From assembly GCA_040877935.1 (NCBI GenBank), contig JBBDNB010000050.1, positions 1 through 57,032 on the forward strand: 57,032 bases of DNA. The letters are read 5' to 3'. The translations under genes and the position numbers were made by a program. Source of the DNA: Chitinophagales bacterium (GTDB taxonomy: Bacteria > Bacteroidota > Bacteroidia > Chitinophagales > CAIOSU01). Below are positions 7,901-15,710 of the stretch, piece by piece. Under the pieces are notes generated by a model. It saw nothing but the letters and a program-made list of their open reading frames with translations. It searched no databases and was not told the DNA's origin. Positions within the stretch are counted from its first letter, which is position 1. Each line of letters starts with the position of its first letter.

Positions 7901-10222
7901 TTCTCCCTCAACAATTTCCCTGCTTTTCAGATGCTTAAAGGTTTCCAATGCCTTGGTATTGAATTTCAATATATTGTAGGAAGGATCGACCAGGATAAAC
8001 GCCTGTAGATCGTTGTTGAGCAGAGCCTGGGTATTGGCCTGGATTTGTTGTAAGAGTTTATCTTTGTGTTGCAGCTCCTCATTTGCCACCCTGAGTTCTG
8101 TATAGGTAATTTGAATTTCCTCATTGGCACTTTGCAGTTCTTCATTGCTGGTTTCTAGCTCTTCATTGGTACTTTGCATTTCTTCGTTGGTACTTTGCAG
8201 CTCTTCATTCAGCGATTGCAATTCTTCATTGCTGGTTTCTATTTCTTCAATATAAGTCTGTAGGTGTTCTTTGGTTGTGCCCAGTTCATCTTCCAGTTCC
8301 TGGATGCGCATATTCACAAGGCCTTCCGTGTTTTCTGCTTTTCCGGTAGATACATATCTTTCTATATCCAACTTTTCGAAAATGACGATAAAGTAATTTT
8401 CTGTTGATTCCGTGTAAATAAGTGGTTGGGCAGTGATACGAACAAAATGTAAAGCATCGAAAAGCTTAAAGCGTTTGATATTGCTTTTTATGATATTGCG
8501 CTCTTTTATAGCTTTGGAAAGTACGGAACGCAGCTCAATCTGCAATTCAGGATTGGCCATTTTAATCAGGTTCACCTGTATGCTTCCCGGGCTCAGCGTC
8601 AGGAAAAGCCTTACATCTCCGTTGACTTCCTGGATGTCGTGGTTTTCGTCAACCACAACATAGGGATGCTCATAGGTATTGAAAAGGGTTTCTTTGACTT
8701 TCTCCTGCAGGCTCAGTTGGTTTTCCTCTTTAACTGTTTTTTTATCCGGGTAAATTTCTTGTTTTTGCGCTTTATAGTTTGATAATTTTATTTTGTGGAA
8801 ACTGCGACCGCTTTTGCGCTTAAAAATTTTGTTTTTAGTGTCCACTGATGAGAAAAGATTATTGAATTGTCCTACTGTTTCTGATTTTCCGAGAAACAGG
8901 TAGCTTTCCGGATTTAAGGAATAGTGAAATACGGGAATGATTTGCTTTTGCAATGCCGTGTTGAAATAGATCAACAAATTGCGGCAGGAAATCAGGTCAA
9001 TTTTAAGGAAGGGCGGGTTTTTGATAACATCATGCCTGGAAAACAACACCATTCCCCTGATTGCTTTGATCAGTTCAAATTCGTTGTTTTTCTTGATGAA
9101 ATATTTTTCCCGAATGCTTTTGGATAAATTTTCGAGTGAAGCTTCGGGATATATTCCTTTTCGTGCTTTTGAAATGGCGCGTTCGTCAATATCAGTCGCG
9201 AAAATCTGGATTTTGTAGTCCTGAATTTTGTCTTTTAATATTTTACTGAGCAGAATGGCAATGGAGTAGGGTTCTTCACCCGTTGAGCAACCCGGCACCC
9301 ATATTCTTATTGGCTCCTGTTTTCCTTTATTCTTGATGATTTTTTTCAGGTAAGTTTCCAGCGCCTTGAATGCTTCTTTATCCCTGAAAAATGTTGTTAC
9401 ACCAATCAGGATTGTTTTAAACATTTCATCGGCTTCACCCGGTTTTTTTTCTATCAAATTCAGATATTCCTTTATGGACTGAACGCCAAGTGCATTCATT
9501 CGCTTTTCCAGCCTGCGGCCAATGGTAGCAGATTTGTAATTTGAAAAATCTGCATCGCTGTATTTTCCGAGCAAATAGAGGATTTTATCTATAGCAGAGG
9601 TCTCTTTTTCAATGCTGTCTTTTTTTATTTTCTTTCGCATGTCCGTGTTGAGGTAGCGGTGAATTTCTTCACCCATTTTTTCGGGAGGAAGCACTGCATC
9701 CGTCATTCCTGTATTAATTGCGGAAATCGGCATTCCGTCATATTTAGCCGTTTCGGGTTCTTGCACAATGATGTAGCATTCTACCTCTTTTAATGCAGTT
9801 ATTCCGGCAGCCCCGTCAGAACCTGTTCCCGAAAGCACAATAGCTATGACATTGCTGTTTTTATTTTGTGCCAGCGATTTGAACAGCACATCAACCGAAG
9901 GTTTTGGGCCAATTGCAGACCCCGGTTTTTGCAGTATTATTTTGTTGTTCTTCACAGCAATTTCCTTGCCGGGAGGGGTGATATAGACTTTATTGCTTTC
10001 TAAAGTCTTATTGTTTTCGGCTTCTGCGACACTTAATTTTGTCTTTTTGCTGAGCAATTGCACAAGCATACTCTTGTGCGTTGGACTTAGATGTTGCGCA
10101 ACAATTACACAGGTGTTTTTCAGTTCGGGTAAGTGAGACAAAAATTTCTGGAGTGCTTCAAGTCCACCTGCGGAGGCTCCTATGGCAATGATGTGGAGTT
10201 TATGGGTGGGATTTGTATTCAT
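5000..10222 (-). CDS. Giant hybrid signalling protein: CheB methylesterase + CheR methyltransferase + PAS + heptad coiled coil + multiple PAS/GAF + HisKA/HATPase kinase
   Basis: Seen: CheB-like N-terminus (HIIAIGASAGGLEAL ... GMPISAINTG). CheR-like region (ILIGVTTFFRD ... IRIWVPGCSTGEEPYSIAILL). Repeated NEELQS heptads. A C-terminal H-box FAYVASHDLQEPLRMI followed by ATPase N/G1/G2 boxes. Domain order is inferred from these motifs. Confidence 0.85.
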   Translation of the reverse strand: MNTNPTHKLHIIAIGASAGGLEALQKFLSHLPELKNTCVIVAQHLSPTHKSMLVQLLSKKTKLSVAEAENNKTLESNKVYITPPGKEIAVKNNKIILQKPGSAIGPKPSVDVLFKSLAQNKNSNVIAIVLSGTGSDGAAGITALKEVECYIIVQEPETAKYDGMPISAINTGMTDAVLPPEKMGEEIHRYLNTDMRKKIKKDSIEKETSAIDKILYLLGKYSDADFSNYKSATIGRRLEKRMNALGVQSIKEYLNLIEKKPGEADEMFKTILIGVTTFFRDKEAFKALETYLKKIIKNKGKQEPIRIWVPGCSTGEEPYSIAILLSKILKDKIQDYKIQIFATDIDERAISKARKGIYPEASLENLSKSIREKYFIKKNNEFELIKAIRGMVLFSRHDVIKNPPFLKIDLISCRNLLIYFNTALQKQIIPVFHYSLNPESYLFLGKSETVGQFNNLFSSVDTKNKIFKRKSGRSFHKIKLSNYKAQKQEIYPDKKTVKEENQLSLQEKVKETLFNTYEHPYVVVDENHDIQEVNGDVRLFLTLSPGSIQVNLIKMANPELQIELRSVLSKAIKERNIIKSNIKRFKLFDALHFVRITAQPLIYTESTENYFIVIFEKLDIERYVSTGKAENTEGLVNMRIQELEDELGTTKEHLQTYIEEIETSNEELQSLNEELQSTNEEMQSTNEELETSNEELQSANEEIQITYTELRVANEELQHKDKLLQQIQANTQALLNNDLQAFILVDPSYNILKFNTKALETFKHLKSREIVEGESIIDLFPSGQIETFVQDFNKAVAGKKFQDEKEFTNSKGQKCWYSVSYTPVSYSDGSVAGISIGLLDISDLKIALSKLIETELLVNTVFNAVTVGICIIDENGVFEDVNDEYCKIYGYKKAELIGEKFTKIVLTGQKKKMLEEYQTSIKNETFTNYGKEISGEYEVLGKNGKTIDVAVVTRLIHRADGRKFTITSIRDITKQKQAQRELDQVLHSLKERNKEQNCLYKITSLGNYNYDIDELLGKAVKLLPDGFQYPDITSAQIHYDGKIYKSDNHRKSKWITKSAKKSTDGKELSIEVFYRQKTAVKEKESFLKEEIQMVDSVANNLVMCIDQIISRQKIKFSEQRFRSLVQDGSDLISVLDKKNLFKYVSPSHKNYIGYTHSELMGKNPFDFIHPDDLRKTKDEFKLLQKENRVKSSPHRFKHKNGGWRWVQTIATNMIDDYAVKGIVLNSVDITEIFETQEKLKESESRYRGFYESQTNYVIRTDMEGNYSYFNKKFEEDFGWLYPDGKILGKNSLTSICEHDHLKVFETVEQCVKEPEKVFKIEIDKPSKNGGVVTTLWDFICILDGKGNPNEIQCIGIDITERIEAEKELKASNNRFEKVAQATRDAIWDYNIVDDTIYWGSGYTDLFGYKIYKKKQPIDNWSKKIHKADYKKIADSLDKALKNPNCEKWEAEYRYKKADNSYTYVSDRGIIIRNEKNRAIRMVGAVTDISAQKEFEASLKQLNESLQKQTLALSQSNYELEQFAYVASHDLQEPLRMITNFLTQLEKKYSDKLDEKGNKYIHFAVDGAVRMRQIILDLLEFSRVGKHEDNLEKIQLGEMIKNITALHDKAIEESGAEIQFKKLHSVKSFRSPLRQVLHNLINNALKYRKKNIAAKIKISSEEFKDHWKIAVKDNGIGIEKNNLDKIFVIFKRLHDKTEYSGTGLGLAIVKKTIENLGGKIWVKSTPGKGSTFYFTIKKPKK
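8113..8256 (-). repeat. About seven tandem copies of a 21-nt unit inside the giant kinase gene
   Basis: Seen: repeated units of ttcttcattgctggtttctag and ctcttcattggtactttgcat type. They translate (minus strand) to [ST]NEE[LMI]Q[ST] heptads, a coiled-coil segment. Confidence 0.75.
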
Positions 10223-10229
10223 GTAATTT

Positions 10230-10380
10230 CAAAAATCTGTACACTTAAAGGCAAAAAATATTTGTAAATCACAAGTTTTTATAAATGTACAGTACAAATT
10301 TTTTTACAAAGTTAAAACAAGTAAAGCGGAAATTTCACAGTACAAGTACCTATGCATTAAGGTACAACTTTTTACTTAGG
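10230..10380 (-). promoter_or_regulatory. Cluster of GTACA-type direct repeats upstream of the signalling operon
   Basis: Seen: tgtaca (10238), tgtACAGTACAAatt (about 10285-10298), tcACAGTACAAgtacc (about 10335-10350), ggtacaac (10361). ACAGTACAA occurs twice exactly, about 50 bp apart, within the 268-bp region upstream of the 5000..10222 start. A regulatory role is inference. Confidence 0.3.
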
Positions 10381-10490
10381 GCTTAGCTAAGATAAAATAC
10401 AAGGAAAAAGAGCAGATGTTCTAAAAAAGTTTGCATTTCAAAGAAGGATTATGGTGTATAACAAACATTGTATAGCGTTTTGAGGAAGCC

Positions 10491-11012
10491 CTACTTACTG
10501 CGTTGTTTTATAGACCATGTGAAGTAAAAACGGGCAACCTCTGTACCGTCAGGCATGGTGCCGATGGTTTCCATTTTTATCTGTTGTGCTTCGCCTGTTT
10601 CTTCAGCGCGTTTTATAGCCTCAAATAGCTTTGGTCCATCGTGGCAGGTAAAGGTGGTGAGTTGGTCTGCTTTTTTGGTAAATTCTGCTTCCATACCCAC
10701 AACGAGCATGGCAAAAGCAGGTTTTTTTCCGGCAATGCCAAACATCACCAGGGCACCTGTAGAGAGCTCAGCGGCCATACTTTGCGCTGCAAAATAAATG
10801 GATTGAAAGGGATTTTGCGAGCGCCAGCCATAGGGTATGGTGGCTACGCATTCCTCAGGACTGAGTTTTTTCAGTTTTAAACCTGCAAACCAGCCCAGGG
10901 GCAATTTCCACAACAGAAAAAACCTGAACAAAAAGGGATTGCTCATTTGCTTGCGCATCTTTTGCTGTGCTGCATTAAGTGTGTAGGATGGAGCTGTACC
11001 TGGGGTTGACAT
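10491..11012 (-). CDS. DUF4442-like hotdog-fold protein (thioesterase-related), hypothetical
   Basis: Recalled family resemblance only (FLFRFFLLWKLPLGWFAGLKL ... YFAAQSMAAELSTGALVM). No catalytic claim is made. Confidence 0.4.
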   Translation of the reverse strand: MSTPGTAPSYTLNAAQQKMRKQMSNPFLFRFFLLWKLPLGWFAGLKLKKLSPEECVATIPYGWRSQNPFQSIYFAAQSMAAELSTGALVMFGIAGKKPAFAMLVVGMEAEFTKKADQLTTFTCHDGPKLFEAIKRAEETGEAQQIKMETIGTMPDGTEVARFYFTWSIKQRSK

Positions 11013-11213
11013 GGGCTATACAATTTGAGTGCAAATATAGGGTTAATTGGAATTCTATAATCCATTTGTGGTTAAATTGAAAACGTCATACAGAACGTAG
11101 TGAAGGATCTGGTTAAATCAAAACCAGCAGGTAAATCCTTCCAAATTGCCACGGGCAAGGCCCTCGCAATGACGGGCATGATTTTAGGATTTCGGATTTT
11201 CTAACCCCCAACT

Positions 11214-11597
11214 CTAATTCAAACAAGCCACCCAATCCTTTGGGTCTAGTTTTTCTACATTTTTCCAGAGCTCAAAATTGAATTTGCTTTCATTTCCGGA
11301 AGCTATATTTCCAATTTCCTGGCTGGTACTGACAAGCGCACCTTTTATAAGTTCGGTATGGTCAATTCCGGCATAAACCGAGTAATAATCCCCGTGCTTG
11401 ATGATAACAGCATAGCTAAAACGATCATGGTGCACCACAGACATTACTTCACCATTGTAAACAGAAACGATTTTACCTTTATCGGAAGTCAAGGGACAAG
11501 TCAGGGCGCCTTTTTCAATCGGGAAATTGTGTGCATCACTTTGCGACCAGGCCAAAGTTACCTGTATGCACAAGAAAAGAATAAGTATGGTTTTCAT
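11214..11597 (-). CDS. Secreted degenerate M23/LytM-like domain protein
   Basis: Seen: signal peptide MKTILILFLCIQVTLAWSQS. The core HHDRFSYAVIIKHGDYYSVYAGI resembles the M23 fold, but the HxH metal-binding motif is not evident, so it is probably non-catalytic. Confidence 0.4.
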   Translation of the reverse strand: MKTILILFLCIQVTLAWSQSDAHNFPIEKGALTCPLTSDKGKIVSVYNGEVMSVVHHDRFSYAVIIKHGDYYSVYAGIDHTELIKGALVSTSQEIGNIASGNESKFNFELWKNVEKLDPKDWVACLN

Positions 11598-11663
11598 GGT
11601 ATTGTGTTTTTGGTTAAAATGAATTTAAGAAATGATTTTGAATATTTCTTACTGTAAACTGAT

Positions 11664-11698
11664 AACCTGAGCTCGAGAATTATTTAAGAGCTCAGGTT
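11664..11698. repeat. Copy A of a dispersed ~35-bp imperfect palindromic repeat
   Basis: Seen: aacctgagctcgagaattatttaagagctcaggtt. The 11-bp arms aacctgagctc and gagctcaggtt are exact reverse complements. See copies at 25163, 25411 and 30086. Confidence 0.8.
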
Positions 11699-11982
11699 GA
11701 TAAACTCAATCAGGGTTGTCATTGTGGTTCAGAAGATATGCCAAGCGGGAGAGTACCTGGTGGGACGGGTATGGCAAAACCAAATTTTTCTACACTTAAA
11801 TCAGTAGCGAGGGCGCTACTGATAGGGGTGTTTACAAACAGATAAATTCAGTATTTTAGTTGAATGCTTGATAAATATAAAACTTAGAACACTTTCCATG
11901 CGTTACATAAGCTGCTAAGCTACAAGCAAATGGAATAATAGCTGTTTGATAATTTAGTATCTTTGATTTAAATTTAAATAAT

Positions 11983-12225
11983 ATGGATTTAGAAGCCAGA
12001 AAAATATCATTTGTACAGGAATTTTTAAGACTTCAAAATGAAGATATAATCAGCGGCCTTGAAAAACTTTTGCGCAAAAGAAAAGCTGAACTGATTGAGA
12101 AGAACTTAAAACCTATGACTGTAGAGGAGTACAACTCTGAAATAGACCAGGCTATGGATGATTCCAAAAATAAACGAATGATTAAGGCCAGCGATTTAAA
12201 AGATAAAATCCAAAAATGGAGTTAG
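11983..12225 (+). CDS. Putative antitoxin of a ParE-type toxin-antitoxin pair
   Basis: Seen: an 80-aa charged, helical ORF whose 3' end overlaps the start of the downstream ParE-like gene by 10 nt. The antitoxin role is inferred from this arrangement; the sequence itself is not diagnostic. Confidence 0.5.
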   Translation: MDLEARKISFVQEFLRLQNEDIISGLEKLLRKRKAELIEKNLKPMTVEEYNSEIDQAMDDSKNKRMIKASDLKDKIQKWS

Positions 12226-12533
12226 AAGTTTATTGGTTGGAACTTGCAGAAAGCAAACTTGAAGACATCTATAGTTACCATTCAATCAAAGCAAGCAAAC
12301 GTATTGCTAAAAAATTAATAATCGGAATAATTGACACTACAATTGGGCTCGGAAAACAGCCTGAAATTGGGCAAATTGAAAACAATTTAAACAGCAGAGA
12401 TCAAGAATTTCGTTATTTAGTATATAAAAATTACAAAATTGTCTATTGGGTAAACTACAAGTTTGCCCGAATTGAAATAGCAAATATATTCGATACAAGG
12501 CAAGACCCCGAAAAACTCAAGGAAACTAAATAG
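12216..12533 (+). CDS. RelE/ParE-family toxin (ParE-like)
   Basis: Seen: 105 aa with ParE-like features (YWLELAESKLEDIYSY ... YLVYKNYKIVYWVNYKFARIEIANIFDTRQDP). It overlaps the upstream small ORF. Confidence 0.75.
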   Translation: MELEVYWLELAESKLEDIYSYHSIKASKRIAKKLIIGIIDTTIGLGKQPEIGQIENNLNSRDQEFRYLVYKNYKIVYWVNYKFARIEIANIFDTRQDPEKLKETK

Positions 12534-12606
12534 CTATTCCATTAGATTGGATGCATTCTATAAGCTTTTGGTTTTGTTTTGGGTACTTATAATCATTAAT
12601 TATCCG

Positions 12607-15447
12607 CTAATCAAAAAGCGTTCCCTGCGAACCACTTCCCTTGTTGCTGCTTTTCTTCTCCGTCTTTTTCTCCAAATCCCATTCAATGGAATCTCCACTT
12701 TTAAGTTTGTTGGATTTATCTTCTGGTTTTTCTTCGGGCTTTCTGGGCGGTAGCGGTTGCTTTTTAGGGGCTTCCTTTTCTTCGGCTTTTTCCTCCTTTG
12801 GTGCTAAATTTTCCTTGGAAGTTTCCTCAGGTGCTTTTTTATCATCTGGCTTTTGTTCCTCTGAACTTTCAGTACTTTCTGCTTCCGGGTTTTGAGTATC
12901 CTTAGCGCTTTCCCAATCTTCTTCATGTACCAATTTCAGCTTTCCTTTTACGGTGTTCAAGCTCAAGCGATTGCCCAGTGATTTCCAGCCTTTTACATCA
13001 ATAAATTCCTCCAAATTAACGATTTCCGTTTCCTTGATCTTTGATTTGCCACGTTCGCTGGAAAATTCCACAGTAGGATTCTTCTTTGTAGAAGCAAAAA
13101 CCATTTTGGAATTTCTTCCCTCGCTGATAAAACCCAAACGGTGGTTCAAAGAGGTAGTTTCGATTAAAAAACGCTTGACGAAATAATTTTTCTTTTCACT
13201 GTCGTAATGCACGACCGAAACAGGATGGTCTGGATTGAATTTCTCCAAAATTTCCACTTCTTCCAATTGATAGCGATTGGTCAATTCATAATTGGTCAAT
13301 TCATAAGAGCCATCCTTATAAATCAGCAGGATTTTATCATCGCCCTTGAAATTTCCAAGATACTTACCGCGCTCATCCACATTCAATCTTCCCACAGATT
13401 CATCTATCCAAATATCAATTCCTCCAAGCGTACTTTCACCTTCGTGCTTAAATTTGATATTGCGCACGGGATATTTGGTCAAAGTATTTCCTTTAGAGCC
13501 CTTTCCCTTGATGTCTATTTCTGAAAAATCGAAGTCAAATTGTTTTTTGCGGGCGGAACAACCCTGAGTCAATTGCACTGAAATCACTTCTGCTTCTGCA
13601 TTGGGGTTGGCACTGAGGTAGAGCACTTTGCTGCCTTTGGCACCGGTAGTCAGGTCGTATTCGCGATCGCGGGTTACGGATTTAACATTGAAGCGTTTTA
13701 TATAAGTGCGTTTGGATTTTGCATCAAAGTAAACCATGTTATAGACCATCCGTTCATCGCCTCTGTTCCAGACTCCTGCATACAGGATATCTTTGCCAAC
13801 AAATGCTTTATCATCTACTTTGGTAACCATAAATTTACCGTCCCGTCTGATGGCAATTACATCGTCAATATCGGAGCATTCCTGCACAAATTCATCCTTT
13901 TTCAATCCATAGCCCACAAAACCTTCAGCCCTGTTGACGTATAGTTTTTGGTTGTTGACTACCACTTGCTGGCGTTCAATGGTATCGAAAGTAGCAATGG
14001 TGGTTTTACGCTCGCGGCCTTTTCCAAATTTATCGATCAGCATTTGAAAATAGGCAATGGCATAATCCGTAAGGTGTGCCAAATCGTGTTTGATCTGTTC
14101 CAGGTCTTCTTCCAATTTTTTTATCAGCTCATCTGCTTTGAAAGCATCAAATTTGGAAATTCTCTTGATTTTGATTTCCGTCAATCGCACGATATCCTCT
14201 TCGGTAACTTCGCGCATCAATTGCTTTTTGAAGGGGTCCAGGCCTTTGTCAATTGCTTCTATAACTGCTTCCCAGGTTTCACATTCTTCAATATCGCGGT
14301 AGATGCGGTTTTCGATGAATATTTTTTCAAGCGATGAAAAATGCCATTTCTCTTCCAGTGCTTTTTTCTTGATCTCCAGTTCCATACGCAGCAACTCAAG
14401 CGTGTGCTCTGTAGATTGCTTAAGCACATCATCTACTGCCATAAAGTGGGGCTTGTCAGCAATGATCACGCAAACATTGGGAGAAATGGAAATTTCACAG
14501 TCCGTAAAGGCATAAAGTCCATCCACAGCAATATCCGGGGAAATTCCGGCAGGCAATTCAATGAGTATTTCAACATCTTTTGCCGTATTATCCGTAACTC
14601 GTTTTATTTTGATTTTGTTCTTGTCATTGGCTTTCAGAATGCTGTCAATCAAGCTGGTGGTAGTTGTTCCAAATGGAATATCCTTGATCACAAGCGTCTT
14701 GCGATCTTCGATATCTATTTTTGCGCGCACCTTTATTCTGCCTCCGCGCAAGCCCCCATTGTATTCACTAAAATCAGCTGTGCCACCGGTAGGGAAATCT
14801 GGCAAGAGTTTGGTTTTCTTTCCCTTTAATACATCTATAGAGCCTTTGCACAATTCGATAAAATTGTGGGGCATAATTTTAGTTGCCAGTCCAACTGCAA
14901 TACCTTCCACGCCTTGTGCCAGCAATAAGGGGAATTTCATGGGCAAAGCAATGGGTTCTCTTTTTCTGCCATCATAGGAAAGTTGCCATTCGGTTAGGTC
15001 GGCATTGAAAGCTACTTCCAGCGCAAATTTAGAAAGGCGGGCTTCTATATATCTGGGTGCTGCTGCACTGTCTCCTGTACGGATATCCCCCCAGTTTCCC
15101 TGGGTTTCGATCATCAGTTCTTTTTGCCCCATATTCACAATGGCATCGCCAATAGCCGCATCTCCGTGTGGGTGGTACTGCATGGTCTGTCCAATGATAT
15201 TGGCCACCTTGTTGAAACGGCCATCGTCCATTTCCTTCATGGCGTGCATAATCCTGCGCTGCACGGGTTTCAAGCCATCCTCATACTTGGGTACTGCACG
15301 CTCCAGGATCACATAGGAAGCATAGTCAATAAACCAATCCTGGTACATGCCAGAAACCGGTTTTTTGCTTTCCAGCCAGCCGCCATCGCCTTTGTCCTCT
15401 GGAGTTTGTCCGTTTTCTTTATTTGAATCTTCGGGTTCTTGTGCCAT
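12607..15447 (-). CDS. parC: DNA topoisomerase IV subunit A (ParC-like type IIA topoisomerase A subunit)
   Basis: Seen: GyrA/ParC N-terminal region (YASYVILERAVP, GLKPVQRRIMHAM) with a catalytic-Tyr region. No GyrA-box (QRRGGKG) was seen in the C-terminal domain, and the gene is adjacent to a ParE/GyrB-type gene. The last ~130 aa form a K/E/P-rich low-complexity tail. Confidence 0.75.
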   Translation of the reverse strand: MAQEPEDSNKENGQTPEDKGDGGWLESKKPVSGMYQDWFIDYASYVILERAVPKYEDGLKPVQRRIMHAMKEMDDGRFNKVANIIGQTMQYHPHGDAAIGDAIVNMGQKELMIETQGNWGDIRTGDSAAAPRYIEARLSKFALEVAFNADLTEWQLSYDGRKREPIALPMKFPLLLAQGVEGIAVGLATKIMPHNFIELCKGSIDVLKGKKTKLLPDFPTGGTADFSEYNGGLRGGRIKVRAKIDIEDRKTLVIKDIPFGTTTTSLIDSILKANDKNKIKIKRVTDNTAKDVEILIELPAGISPDIAVDGLYAFTDCEISISPNVCVIIADKPHFMAVDDVLKQSTEHTLELLRMELEIKKKALEEKWHFSSLEKIFIENRIYRDIEECETWEAVIEAIDKGLDPFKKQLMREVTEEDIVRLTEIKIKRISKFDAFKADELIKKLEEDLEQIKHDLAHLTDYAIAYFQMLIDKFGKGRERKTTIATFDTIERQQVVVNNQKLYVNRAEGFVGYGLKKDEFVQECSDIDDVIAIRRDGKFMVTKVDDKAFVGKDILYAGVWNRGDERMVYNMVYFDAKSKRTYIKRFNVKSVTRDREYDLTTGAKGSKVLYLSANPNAEAEVISVQLTQGCSARKKQFDFDFSEIDIKGKGSKGNTLTKYPVRNIKFKHEGESTLGGIDIWIDESVGRLNVDERGKYLGNFKGDDKILLIYKDGSYELTNYELTNRYQLEEVEILEKFNPDHPVSVVHYDSEKKNYFVKRFLIETTSLNHRLGFISEGRNSKMVFASTKKNPTVEFSSERGKSKIKETEIVNLEEFIDVKGWKSLGNRLSLNTVKGKLKLVHEEDWESAKDTQNPEAESTESSEEQKPDDKKAPEETSKENLAPKEEKAEEKEAPKKQPLPPRKPEEKPEDKSNKLKSGDSIEWDLEKKTEKKSSNKGSGSQGTLFD

Positions 15448-15518
15448 AGTTGGTAATGATTATTCTATACTTATATTCTATTGATATTAAGTGATTATTT
15501 AAAATTTGCCTTAGAATG

Positions 15519-15677
15519 CTATTGCTTTTGGAGTGCCTTATATTGCTTTCTTCTTTTCTTGAAATATTCGAGTACTTCTTTAGCAGATTTACCCTCTGTT
15601 TCTTTTGCAATCCTGTCTCTTTCTTTTCTAACTGATTCAACACAGTCGAATTTTTTACTGTTTTTTTCAGCATTCAT
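15519..15677 (-). CDS. Possible small protein (52 aa) between parE and parC
   Basis: Seen: an ORF of 52 aa, MNAEKNSKKFDCVESVRKERDRIAKETEGKSAKEVLEYFKKRRKQYKALQKQ, on the same strand as both flanking genes. It is below the 60-aa cutoff of the ORF track and there is no other support. Confidence 0.25.
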   Translation of the reverse strand: MNAEKNSKKFDCVESVRKERDRIAKETEGKSAKEVLEYFKKRRKQYKALQKQ

Positions 15678-15710
15678 AAGCTACAATTTCATTTGACCAA
15701 AACTCACTAA

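Noticed and set aside
12547-12753. 68-aa plus-strand ORF after the ParE toxin
   Set aside because: It is hydrophobic junk overlapping the 3' end of parC on the other strand.
15419-15673. 84-aa ORF on the minus strand in the parE-parC spacer
   Set aside because: It reads through the parC start codon in another frame and has an odd composition. The alternative 52-aa frame (15519-15677) is the more plausible small gene, and even that has low confidence.
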